From: Takakia lepidozioides | Taxonomy: Eukaryota; Plantae; Bryophyta | NCBI GenBank assembly: GCA_030704615.1 | Contig: CM060733.1 | Coordinates: 3,906,001-3,970,000 of the forward strand | Direction: 5' to 3' | DNA: 64,000 bases | Part shown: piece by piece, positions 47,962 through 60,592 of the stretch | Position numbering within the stretch: position 1 is the stretch's first letter | Layout: every line of letters starts with the position of its first letter | Notes under the pieces: model-generated | Databases searched by the model: none | What the model was told of the DNA's origin: nothing | The model's input: only the letters and a program-made list of their open reading frames with translations | Translations under genes and position numbers: made by a program

Positions 47962-49597
47962 ATATACTCTCTAGATCTTTCTCTCCTAAGGATGAATTCC
48001 TTAATTTCAGTTTGGATATCGTCCACAACCACCTCACCACAATTTGATGAAATGATCACAGAGAATTGCGCCATTTGAAGATAGAATCAAAGTGTTGTCA
48101 AAGATCGTAGTGGACGCCAGCTTTCCAGAAAACCAGTCTAGGTCTTAACTCGATCTGGGGGCATTTTCTTGCTATTACTCAACAGTCCTCCACAGTAACT
48201 GATTCATGAGCAGACTCGGCTATACAGCCTTCCTAGAACCATATGAAGCCATGATGTGAAGCCATATGTTCTCAATCTCGAAGTTAGTTCGTGTTCTTTT
48301 GGGCTTGATTGGGATGGTGGGGCACCAGCAGATTACTCGGCAAGCTTCACCTTCATTGCTGACATTAATCTTTCCTTTGTCGTGCATTACGACATAGCAG
48401 GTGTTTGCAGAAGAGGGAGGCTGGAAGTATGAGTCCTGGTCAATCTGAGCCTGAAACTATGCAGTTGTGATGCACTATAGGTTGAAGGTGGTGCTTCTCT
48501 CTCCTAATTCACAACCTTGGCGCTCCGTCTCCTGCAGATACTCAGGCGTGGTTTTCTCTCACGTACTATGAACGCTTTTTATGAGTTGCCTTTTCTTGCT
48601 CCCGACCGTGCTTTATTTCCTCTCTTTACACCGTATCGTGAGCATCTATCAAAATCGTCTGAAGAAAATCAGGTAACTCCCTCTTATGCCGATTCTGTTG
48701 TCTATAGGTACACAACTAGAAATAAGAAGGCAATTTGCAACCCTCTTCAAAGAATCTCTGCTAATTGCAGCAAATTTCTGGGATACCACAGATGACTGAA
48801 GAGAAGAAGCACCGGTACAGATCATAGCATTGACCAGCTGGAACCCAGCTTTTTTTGTCTTGTGAAGTCCAGGCTAGTGAATTTTTGGGTGTTCGAATCT
48901 TACAGATTTCGGGCTTGACAAACGAATTCCCAATCCGAATGCTCCACCCAAATTAGGGTTGCCTAAACAGCAATGTACATATCACCTGCATCTACCATGG
49001 ACATCATGATCAATGCGATGGTTCTTTTTATTGCATTCACTTTTTGAGAAAGGGAACATGTAAAAATGCTCAAGTTTTGGGCAGTGTGGCTGTAATTATT
49101 AGACCCCCGAACTGCTTCTGTTCATGCAGTACTTTGATATGTATACATGTACCATATATCAATTTGAAGTTGAAACTTTCGCTGGAATCTGAAGTCGCCT
49201 CATCTCTCCAGGTACAAGAAGGAAAGAAAAACTAGAAGGGCCTAGGTACCCTCAGGCACTACTTCATGCTTACTCGAAACTATTCTACCACTTACATGTA
49301 CACTTGTTTCTGTGATTATTAGTTTGAATGCTCAATCATGGTTAAAGCCTACAAGTTCTCCACTGGCTTCTAAGGGTTGGAGTAATTTGAGCACGACATA
49401 AAAACCCTTGAACCCCGACTAGTTCTCAGCCTTCTGGCAACTGCCTGCGGAGATATTCAATCTCTATTCTTTGAAAGTTTTAGTGTACATCTATCAGAAA
49501 GACATGCTTGCCTGGGAGGAGCAGGGAGGAAATCCAACTTGGGTGCCTTGAAAACCTGAACCTCCAGACAGAAGAAGCCGTGAGACCATTGAAGAAA

Positions 49598-51820
49598 TCA
49601 CAGCGACGTCAAAAACCCAATTCCTGTACCGGGTAGCCAGGTGTTTGCAGATATAAAAGAAGCAGCCTGGAATTGGCCGGCAACCTTTGGACTGCTGATT
49701 TGTGTGGACCATGAGACCCTCATCTTGGGGTTGGCCCCAGCTCCCGTGCTTTGGTACTCTCCATAGAAAAGGGTCTTGAGTGCAAAGTTACCCGACCAAG
49801 GAAGCCAGCCAGCTGGGTTCACTACGGCTCCCAAAATGGAGTTCAAATGTACAGTGCGGGAATACAATTTCCAAGGTCGCCCCAGATACGTTGGGAATGC
49901 GGCTGGATTCTGCGTGAGTTGGCTTGTTCCATCGAAGGTACAGCGCTGGAAGGAGAGACCCGTATTTTGATTGGGATCGACTCTACCCTGGGCCGTATAT
50001 GTGTTCTGCTGGCCGATCAAACCCGTCTTGGCCAAGATGGTGCATGTCTGGAACACTGCGGCCGAGTTCCCAAAGATGAAGTCAACGGTGCCAGAGATTG
50101 TGCAATCTCTGTAGAACTGGCGGAAGGTATGCGAGTAGAGCGTGTCTTGGAAGCCATCAAAGGAGCATAGACTGAATGAAACTTTGTCTGCGCTCACTCG
50201 GAGGGCTACAGCCTGGTGTTTTGCAGCGCCTGCAGTATTCTGCACTGTGAATCCTCTGCCGATAAAACCTGGTCCTGTAATAGCTGCATCGCATCATGTA
50301 GAAAATATTGTGTTAGAACTTCGATGAGTGCTTCGACGAAGTTTTCAAAGGGTATAGACCATACAAACGACGAAGGATGTGACTTTCGAAAAAGACAACT
50401 CAAAGCAGCCGAGTCTCGAATTTGCTTTCCATCTCTGGAAGAACGTTACGAGTTTCTTCTGATGTCAAGTCAGGCTCTTATCTCTGGTCGTTGAACTAGT
50501 AAGTTCACAAGAAGAGAGACTGTAACTTGGGGGCAAGTAAGCCAGGGCAGTAACTTAGTTCCCTTACTCGACCATAGTACTTGCGAGGCCCCCTTGATAA
50601 ATCCTACGCCTCCGATGTCCACCTCTCAATGCTAACAATGCACATTTCCAGGCAGACCCCTGCAGGCAGTTCTAATCCTTTTCCCGCTCCCCTAGAAACA
50701 TTTTCCTGCAGATTGATCAGCATGAAGCAAGAAAGACCTCAAAGGACATACCGACAGTTGCAGATTTGAAAGTCGTCATGCCAGGCATTTGGACATTCTT
50801 GTTCCCCGTTATGATGGTTTTATCGATGCCATCGCCCACAAACACCAAGTTCTGTGCTTTACGTGGAACTGACACCTGCTCATTGTAAATCCCCGCTTTG
50901 ATGTAGATTATGTATCGAGAAGTGGCACTGTATATTCCGTTGTCCACAGCCTGCTGGATTGATGTGTACTTGCCCGATCCATCCTTTGCCACAACAACGT
51001 TTGCCTTGACATTGGATGCCGCTAGCAGCCGGCGGTCCCCGAGGTTTAGCCAACTCGGAAACTGGTCCTCAGCATGCAGAGACTCATCAGGAGTAGCAAC
51101 TGTTGAAGATAGTAGTCTCCGTCGATTCAAACCAGGAATATGGAACGGGAGGTCAGGAACATACGACTTCCAGTTTGCCAAATTGGTCCCAAATTCGGCG
51201 AAGGCGTTGACGAAAGCCGCAGCATTACTCAACCGCTTGGAGGCTTTGTCTCCCGTTTCTGTCACGTTCACTTCTGGTGCAATCTCCTGAAATGCATCTA
51301 TGCAGGTTGTGTGCAACTCCATCGCCGCGCTAATGCCTGTCTTGAGATCGTCAAATCCGGTACTTAGGCCAGAAAAATTGAGGGTTGTGAGCTGGTTCAA
51401 GGAGTATGTAAGCTGGTTGAGTGAATCACTCAAAGTCTCGGAGCAAACCCCCACCGCAGCTGTGACGTTCACGTTGGTTCCGTTCAATGCGAGAACATAG
51501 TTCATTGTGTCATTCACGCCCTGTACCGCCGATGATACAGCTAAGGAGGTCAGGCTCCGAGTATCTGTCTTGTTAGCGTTGCTCGAGAGTGTTGCGTTGC
51601 AGATTTCGGGATACAGCGTTATCGTACAAGCGGAATCAACTACATTGTCCCCTTGCGGCAGCTGGGAAACATGATGGCCATCTTTCCGTGTGAGGGGTAT
51701 TGTAACGGCGAGAACGACAATCAACAGAGCAACGAAAGCGGCACTAAAGATAACACAACATCTTCGTGACCTGGGTCTGTATTTTCCATCCAATGGTGTT
51801 TCCATATCTGCCGATGCCAT
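49598..51820 (-). CDS. Type I pectin methylesterase with PMEI pro-domain (exons 51820-50752, 50283-49598)
   Basis: N-terminal TM anchor, PMEI (C..T.YP..C), RRLL processing motifs, VVAKDGSG, IYIKAG.Y.E, QAVALR, QDTLY, DFIFG, LGRPWK. GT-AG intron at SATV|A. Confidence 0.96.
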
Positions 51821-53303
51821 GCTTAGCAGCGACGCCCTGCTCGATGGTTGTAAATACCCAGGTAGGCTGTGAGCGTATCTCTCGAGCTCCTTTTCTCTTT
51901 CACACACCACGAGAAATGACTCCTCAGCTACTATTCCTCCAGTACTCCAGACAGTTGCTTCCGGCCAGGCCCTCTCTGTTCCTCCTCAAGAGCTCTCTCT
52001 CTCTCTAGGTGGTATTTTCCCTTACCACTCCCTCTCTCTCCTCGAGGCGGGATGTGAGAACGGTGGACTGACATAATGGAATTCCTGGAGAGCCATATTT
52101 AACGATGAAATCTCGCAGGTCAAGTCAACAGTAGTAAAACAGGTCCACTCACTCTTCTATGCCGACCTTTCCTCCCTCCCAACTCTCCTTTCACGAATAG
52201 GTAACTCAGATTTGTAGACCTCTCCTCCTCCTCAGATTTGTCTTGTGGGGCAACGACAGTGTGTTGGCTCCAAAGCGCGAGAAATGTGCAGGGCGGATGA
52301 CTGAGAATAGCAGGAGCAGCGGCTGGCAGCTTCTGGCGACGCGGGATCATACCTGTCGCGCACACGCTCCTTTTATTCTGCCGTGTATGCGCAGCCGCTG
52401 CGCTGAACTTGAACGACTCGCCCATCCCCCTCATCCTCTCATCGTGTTTGAATTATATCTTTTCTGCAAAATTCGGATGATGGGTTTTATGCCGGGTAGG
52501 GTTTTCATTAATGGGTCTCGCTCCCTTTCTATTCTTGATTTGAGTCGCTACACATCGAGACATGTTCAGGGACGTTGACTCGGTAGGGGAAATGATGTCG
52601 CTTTCATTGCAGCCCCCCAGTAGTTGGATCGGATGGTAAGTTAGAATCATTGTGTTATGAAAAAACACATTATGTAAATTATTACAAATGTTTTTTCTTT
52701 TTTAATAGTAAGAGAAAAAAGACCACCCTTAAAAAATAAAAAATAAAAAATGATAATAATACTAGAAGCCACATTTTTCTTGGAGTTAGTCAGTGCTGCC
52801 TATTTTTAATTCAATTCCAGAGCTTCCGACTCCCCTATGATTCCTCCCCAAAATATGAGGCACTATGTTGGACTCGCAGAGTCCATGCGGAACTTCCTTG
52901 TATTTTCTGTGATTAAACTAAAATAATCTCATCAGAGTGGTGAGAAGGGGAATTAGCTTAGTGAAGCATTTTTAAGAGCCATTGCCACCAAGCTCCACCA
53001 AGGCTAAATTGGTTGTTGAGAAACGAAGTGGAAGCCCAAGAAGAAGCTTTTGGCATACTCGCACAACAATTCCAGCTGGTCAGAGGTTATTTGTGTTTGT
53101 GGAAGGTTGTGATGAAATGAGTTGAAAAGTTGAAACCGTGCAAAAAGGATTCTTGCATTCATTGTCTTGCTGCTCTCTCTCTCTCTCTCATGAATCCAAT
53201 ATACGTGCACCTATCGATCATAAGCAATGAAGGTACATGCTTTGTTTCCTCTCTTTTTCCTTTGTAGATGGCTACATTTCTTTCGTAAATTTTTTCCCAC
53301 TTC

Positions 53304-53700
53304 GTAGAGGCACAGAAATTGGCTTAACATTTATCCATATTATATTTCTAAAGGTTGTGAAAATATGAGAGAACTTACTTTGCGAGCTCAAGGCGGCGCA
53401 ACTAAAAGCCACTTAACATTACAACTAGTGCTCCTTTTTAGGGATGGGCCCTATTAATCAGCAAGTTTTCATACTATTTGGTGGGTTGATCAATTTTAAT
53501 CCACTTGGTAGAGGCATAGAAATTGGTTTAACAACTATCCATTTTATATTTCGAAAGGTTGTGAAGATATGAGAGAGAGAGAAGATGCAGGCCCAAGCCA
53601 GCATAACTAACAGTCACTTCACCTTATGACTAGTGCCCCTTTTACCAATGAGTCCATCAATCAGCAAGTTTTGATGCTGTTTGGTGGGCTGATTATTTTA
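53304..53700 (+). repeat. ~200-bp diverged tandem duplication; related segment at 56678-56768
   Basis: gtagagg..agaaattgg.ttaaca..aaaggttgtgaa..atcagcaagtttt..tttggtggg occurs at ~53304 and ~53508. Confidence 0.75.
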
Positions 53701-54627
53701 CATTTCGCACTTGCTGGTGATATGGTTGTGAGGGTTGGCTCCGAGGGCAGAGAGGTGAAGCAAGAGGTGATGGTAAATGAAGGTTGCCAGTTAAAGATTG
53801 GAGGCTACGAGTGTGGATGCCGGCCCAAACACCCGCAGTGATAATGGATAAGGGGCCTATTTGTCAACCACACATCTAAGTAATGGCCAGAATTAGGGAG
53901 GAATATTTCTGTTTGGAATGGATGGATTGTGTAGGAATATATCAGTCAACAAGGAGAAATGTGGGTAGAGCCTCATTGGGCAAGCGACCTTGGTATATAT
54001 TGACGTTTATAAAGGAGAACCATTGTGTTTTTTAGAGTTGCATGAGAAATTTGTGTATAGGCCAAATGGCTTGGTTGTGTCAAGGCACTGGATGGATGGG
54101 TTCTGAAAAGGTGGGGCCAAGTGTACCTGGCCATAGGGTGACAAAGTGGGCACAATGGCGATGGGGTGGCCTCCATAGGTGCTTATGTTGGTTGCCCATG
54201 TAAAGGGTATAATAGAATAGAAGGATTTGCCAAATTTGGGCATGCATCACAAGATCTGATATCTAGAAGTGGTTAGAGAGTCTAGGATTTTTATGTGTGG
54301 ATTTTAGTGTGGGCTAAGATGTTCCATTTGTGATTTAGATGACTAATGAAATTTCAAACTAGCTGTGAAATCTGGTGTGTGGGGGCCATGATATGCTATT
54401 CAAAAAGGGTGGGACTGTCTGATGTGGATAAGCCCTTGTAGTGATGGGAGAGGTGGTTGGATGTGCCTTTGGTAAGCATCTTTGTTGGCTCTCTTGTAGA
54501 GAGAGACTTTGCGGAGACATGCAAGTCAACGGAGAAAATGTGGTGAAAGTACCTTACACCGTGTCAAGGTGCTGATTGGTGTTGAGTCATGCTCCCTAGT
54601 CTTATAGTCTTACCTTCCTCTTATGTT

Positions 54628-54902
54628 CAGCGCTTTTTTATTGGCGATTTTTCGCCAGATTTCGACCTCAAAAAATAAAATAAAATATTATGTCTCAAAT
54701 TCCCTATTTTTTCATGGATGAAATCGCCAAATTTCTCCAAATAAAAAATAAATTGTGGATAAATTCACCAAATATGGATGATATAAATGGATTGAAGTAC
54801 ATGAAGGGATGAAATTCAGTGGATGAACAGAATATATCGCTATTTTTTGCAAAACTCTGTAGCCACTCGTGCTGTTTTCCAAATTTTTTAGAAAAAACAC
54901 TG
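54628..54902. mobile_element. hAT-type MITE
   Basis: TIR cagcgcttttt / aaaaaacactg and perfect 8-bp TSD cttatgtt. Confidence 0.88.
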
Positions 54903-55644
54903 CTTATGTTGTACCAAAGCAAAGCAACAGTGTACAAAAAGTGTAGTAATTGTTGTTGTTGCATACCGTAGTACCTTGGCAATTTCGACACAAATTTTTA
55001 AATATTTCAAAGATTGTTGAAAAGTTTGGAAATTGATTTTGTGAAATTAAATGTAAGCATCTTTGGGAATATTCTATATATTGAAATGAAATTCTCAAAA
55101 TAAAATAAATATTCGACAGATGGTTGTTGAACTTGCCAAGGTACTTCGGTAGTAAGAGATATTCTAATTAGATGATGGTTGAGGTTCCAATTTTTTATTT
55201 TCTAAGGGGCCTTGCTTGCAGAGCCCACCAAAGAGAGGCGGGAGAATACTAATAAAATGTATACGCCCTTTACCCTCCTTATATAGTTTTGGGCATGTCT
55301 TGGGCCCACCGCCCCATCCCATGCCCATTTTTATTTATTTTTTAAACCATCCAACTGTCTACCTCCCATCGACCCTCCTACTTCTACGCTAGGGCCTCTG
55401 GGTTGCCTGACCTTCCCAAAGTGGGCAAATGAGTTGGGGTACACAGCAAGAGAGCCGATTGCCGTTTCAGGCTTGTTCTCTATAATGACTATATGATAAC
55501 GAACTTTGAGAAAATGTGTCTTAGGTACTAGTTTGGATGTCTCTTCTAGGATGGCATGTATAAGTAATCTGTCAAGGTCATTATCATGTGAAGATGGATG
55601 GGTGAGGTGGTTGTGGAGGAGGAAGAGGGATATGAGGCTATCCG

Positions 55645-55825
55645 TAATAATAGTAATAGTAATGTATGACGCCTCCCGAATGAAGTGTAAATTATGGTGT
55701 CTCTTGACCTCGAAGGGCTAGTGCCTTCCAGTAGAAAGGTGGACACATTTGTGATACAAACCGATGGATTGAAACCACAACCACTTCTGAGGTGGTATGT
55801 GCCCATTACCACTAGACTACAATTC
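55645..55825 (-). mobile_element. tRNA-derived SINE copy
   Basis: Inverted homolog of 59987-60143, with a (TAT/TAC)n tail. Confidence 0.75.
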
Positions 55826-56849
55826 TATTCGGAAAGATATATTGGGTGGATTGAATATATGGAGGGTTAGCATGAAAATGGATCATATGTTTGTTTTAAT
55901 TAAATACTTTCAAGAGGGAAAGAAAAAACATTTATGACTTCATTGTTTATATTCTGATGGTATGTAGGTGTCGTGCACCTAAGCATCGTGCCACAACATA
56001 CATCACTCTCCAACCACACTGCATGTAGTCTTAGAAAGGTATGCCACCACAAATGCCAACAAATATAAATGTATAAAGTCCTAATTAGCTACAAATAATT
56101 ATTTCTAACTGACCATGACTAAAACCATGACATAAGGAATGTTTCATGGGTGGTGTCCAATTCCTACGCATTCATGGCGCGGTTACTGTGAAAAGAGGTT
56201 ATTTTCTCCTCTCATTAGTAAGAGGCCTGATTTGGTCTTTCTCTTTCTTTTTGGGGAAAAAAAAAAAATGTTTGCTCACACTCAATCTCAAATGTTTTCA
56301 GGCCCATCATGAAGAAAAACTTGCTCGCATTTTCATAGGCTTTAAATATGGTCACCTCCTACACAAGCTCATATCACTATCCAAAGGAGGAAGTTGGGCT
56401 ACCTCCAGCTAGCCTAGTCACAAATCACTAACCTGTCTTCCACAGATATTATGTGTGTAAATTGAAGGTGCCACTGGACATGACCATACATTTTGACTCA
56501 ACTCTACAAGCTGACTCTTTACATAGCCTCACAAAAAAAAGTATCTTCGTACAATGGGTGTTATTTACACATCTTTTTTTCCAATATTTTGGATGGGCAT
56601 CTTAAATTACGATACCCATCCGGTTAGAACCGGTCATCCAAGCGTGTAATTAAAGTGTCATAAATATGCCAAATTCAGAGAGAGAGAAGACTCCGGCCAA
56701 GGCCGGCGTAACTAAGAGCCACTTCACCTTACGGCTATTGCCCCCTTTTCGGGGGAGGGCCCTATTAAATATGCAAAATTCAAAAATACACATGACAAAA
56801 AATCCTTATGACCCAACCTCGTCTACACGTCTACACACTTGAGGTTAGA

Positions 56850-58800
56850 TATTAATGGCGTTTCATCTTGCATCATCTTGGGTGGTGACAATACATGCTT
56901 GTTTTCATCCAACTCAAAAGCCATCGTCCTTAAACATTAATCATCATGTTCAATGTGTCCAAAACTTGTTTCATGCATCCAATACCAATTAAAAGAAGCC
57001 CAAGCCTAGGAAGAGGAACCCGTGAAGACATAGGTGGTTGTTGGAAGACCCCACAAATTTGTAGACTTTTGATGAACTATTGGTAGAGATATCGAATGAT
57101 ATTGTAAGTATCAAGCTGAAAGTTAAGTTCTTTACGGTACCTTTTTGATAGCAATTGACACTATTGTGTTTCGATATCGGATGAGACAATGGATGAAATC
57201 TTAGGATGAACAGCCATTGTTATAAGTAGATGCTAGTATAAATAGATTGTGAATGAAGCAATTGGTGTCATATGAGCCAGAGAGCCGTGACCACAAGTAA
57301 GTGTGTGTGAGTGCATTATAGAAAAGAAGATAGAAGTTAGAAACAATAGATTAGAATATCCCTCAAATGTAGATTAATTTTATAATTTATGCAATTCTGT
57401 AATTTGAAGTCTTTGAAGAAAAAGAGAGAAATAAGGATAGGATAAATTGTACTTTCTGCTGAAGAGGATTAGAGAAGAGAGGGATGGATCGTGGAAGAGA
57501 GAAGCAATAAAGCAAAATACATTTATCTTTTATAGTGATTGAATGGTGATGTTTTCATGAGATAGAGAGAATGAGCATTGAACAAGGAGATAATGATGTC
57601 ACACAAGAATTGACAATTAATGGATTACCAAATGAGAAATCTAGAGAGAGATTCAGAAGCTAAGAAGGGATGGTATAAAGAGCTATTGGCCTTACACATA
57701 ATTGCTTATATGAAGCACAATTGGGTAGAAATCTGGTGTAGACCTTTTGATGGCTATAGGAAGACAATGGAAGTGTGGAACCAAAATTTTGGAGAAGGAA
57801 AGCTATTGATTGAATTAGAGAAGCAAGACTGGTGGTAAAAGTTATTCTGGAAGACTATTGCAATAGTACTAGGCATAATAGAATTCATATTTTCATTGTT
57901 TATAGTGTTTCCCTGAGAACGCACTCATAGTATCGATAGATCCTGTCACAAGGATTAATCATAGTGTTATTCTACACATGGCCAAAAATTTCGCAAATCG
58001 TCTGCATTCTCGATCTATGTTTTGGTTGCCATCATATTTGTCCATGACTGCTCAAAACTCATAGCCATAAAAGCTGCGATTTGTTGTAGTGTTCACAATC
58101 TAGAAGTTGAGATATGGGCTCACATGGTATTGGGCCTTTCAGTGATGTTGGTCACAACCTCCTTGTTCATTGTTGTCGTCGAAATAGCCACCACCGGAGG
58201 TATTGTTGTTGTAGCATGAAGCTCAAATGTGGGCGTATCGTCATTGTTCATAAGCTGGATCATAACCGGCAGCTTAATGGGTCAAGAGCCGTCCTCTCCA
58301 AGTGTGTTTGTAGGTGCGACCTCAATACGTGCAGCCATTGGAGAAATAGTTGTGTGCAAGAGAACAACTAGATCGAAAGAATGAGAAGTCAAGTACAGAC
58401 ACCATGATGCCTAATAGTACTATGCACGTCTTCTCTCACACACAACGCTGCCTAGCGCTATCCCCACTGCATCTCTCCTATTATTCTAATCTATACGTTG
58501 GGGTAACCTTCATGTAGGTGACCGACGTCTTTATCAAGAGCTCCGTCCACGGATATGACATGCTCTTGCTCTATAGGTTTCAGCACTTGGGGGTGTTGTT
58601 CTACAGTGTCGAGATCACTTTGCTAGAGAAGCCAATACACACTACAATGACACATGCACGATACTCACTTTCATTCAACACATAGAGTTCACATTCACGC
58701 AGAGCACATTGTCAATACACTGTTTGTGCACCAAAGAATCCGTCCTCCCCCTGTCTATAGATAGATCTTTATACTAATACAACCCTATCTCTTGGATTCC
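56850..58800 (-). mobile_element. Highly decayed LTR-retrotransposon-like sequence
   Basis: Compositionally LTR/gag-like with interrupted frames. No diagnostic motif recognised. Confidence 0.25.
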
Positions 58801-58956
58801 ACCGTGATGAGCCATCATAGATAGTCTTGAATACATATAATGAATCCTGCTAGGTGTATGAATAAATAAGCCCTACAATGAGTTGGGGCCGGGAATCTAC
58901 AGCACACCAGAGCCAGGTGCGTACCGCAACTTGACTCAAAACCCATAGGAAATTAC

Positions 58957-59668
58957 CAGTGTTGGTCTGGTATCAACATTTTGGGATACCAGGCTGGTCC
59001 TGGTATATGGGTGGCTTTGAAAATGACATACCAAGGGAACATTGGTACCAAGGATATTTATCAAGTTAGATACCAGTCTGGTAAGGGTATTGAGAAATTT
59101 TTAATCACCTAAGCAATGGTATCAATAAAAATGTGCCCAAGTATTACCAGCTGGTATACATACTGGGATCTGGTATCAAACAAGCCTTCAATTGACCTTA
59201 AAATAACTTGATGAGTGTATCATACATGAACAGCGGAACTGCACATGAAAAATGATCTCATTGCCACCGACTGCAAACTGCATATCATACTTTATTGCAA
59301 ATCAATGTTGCATGCACATTTCAAGGCCCAATTTGTGGGCTGAAAATTTTCCTTGCATGAATAATTTGGATTGAGACACCCCAAGGACATGAGACTTGTC
59401 TCCTTTAGAATTAACACTCTTCCTTACTTCCCGTCAACAAGGATTGATACCAGTCGAAGAATGGTTGCGAAACGCTTGCAACGAGTATCAATACTAAATC
59501 CTAGCCGTCAACACCATACTGGTATGGTATTCGCGAACCCTACGCGAAGCCAGGCAATGGTATCACCCTGGGTATGTAGAATTTAGGACCAGGTTGGTCC
59601 GGTTCCTGATACCAAGTTTGATACCAGGGTTGATACTCGGGTCTGATACCCATACCAGACCAACGCTG
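58957..59668. mobile_element. hAT-type non-autonomous element (712 bp)
   Basis: 17-bp TIR cagtgttggtctggtat / ataccagaccaacgctg, perfect 8-bp TSD gaaattac, many ggtat/atacc subterminal repeats. Confidence 0.92.
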
Positions 59669-59986
59669 GAAATTACACCCAACCCTATCTGCACAAACAT
59701 GGCCACACATCCACTGCTCTTTTGCATCATTTTATTTTTTATTTTATTTTTTTGGGAAAGGGGAGAAAGCCCTTGGAACTTTATTCGAATTATTTGAGGG
59801 GCATCACACTCCAACTCCAAACCCCATCCAATGCTTTTTGCCGATATTGTTGAGATATTCAAGACCTGATCCAAATAGATCTTATATTTTGAACTCAGGA
59901 GAGCCCATTTTTCAAAAGGAAGCCACGGCTCTGGCATACATGAAAACTGAGCTATTGAATGATCCTATATATCACGTGTGGACAAG

Positions 59987-60143
59987 CAAGTTGTAGCCCA
60001 GTGGTAAAGGGCACATACCACCTGGGAAGTGGTTGTGGGTTCAGTCCACCAATTGGTGTCACAAGGTATCCACCTTCCCGCTGTAGCCCTTCGGGCACCA
60101 GAAATTTACGCTTTCTCGGAAGCGTCATATATTATGATTATTA
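59987..60143 (+). mobile_element. tRNA-derived SINE copy
   Basis: A box tagcccagtgg, B box gggttcagtcc, unique body and attatgattatta tail. Second copy at 55645-55825. Confidence 0.78.
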
Positions 60144-60592
60144 CATGTCTATACCTATACATATATATATATATGACGCCAGCCGAAGCTAGCGTAAATA
60201 AGAGCCTCTTCCCCCACGCAGGTACTGCCCCCTTTGGGCCCCTTTGGGGATTGGGCTCTATTTACGCGTCTAGACAAATGAGTGTAGGATATTGGAAATA
60301 ACAAATGTGGCAGTGAAGAGGGACATGAATGGTCATAGGTTTCATAGCTTACGCCATATGGGAAAAAAATCCTACTCCTGAAAATTTGTGTTACATTACT
60401 GCATTGAAATGGTATTAGTGAATGCAAGGCGGTATTAGGGTTGAGGGGATGTGATGACGAGCTGCTTGCTGATTTGTGGGGCATTTGGATGCTGGGTTTT
60501 GTATATCAGGGTTTCTTGGTCCTGGGCTTTGGTGTGCTCGACGGGGCTGTAGTGGAGGAGCTGGTAGGGCCGCGAAGAGGAAGGATTTGGCA

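Noticed and set aside
49751-51500. Plus-strand ORFs
   Set aside because: Antisense shadows of the PME gene.
60476-60592. N-terminal extension of the Caprin-like ORF
   Set aside because: Starts at GTG; family similarity begins after the ATG at 60593.
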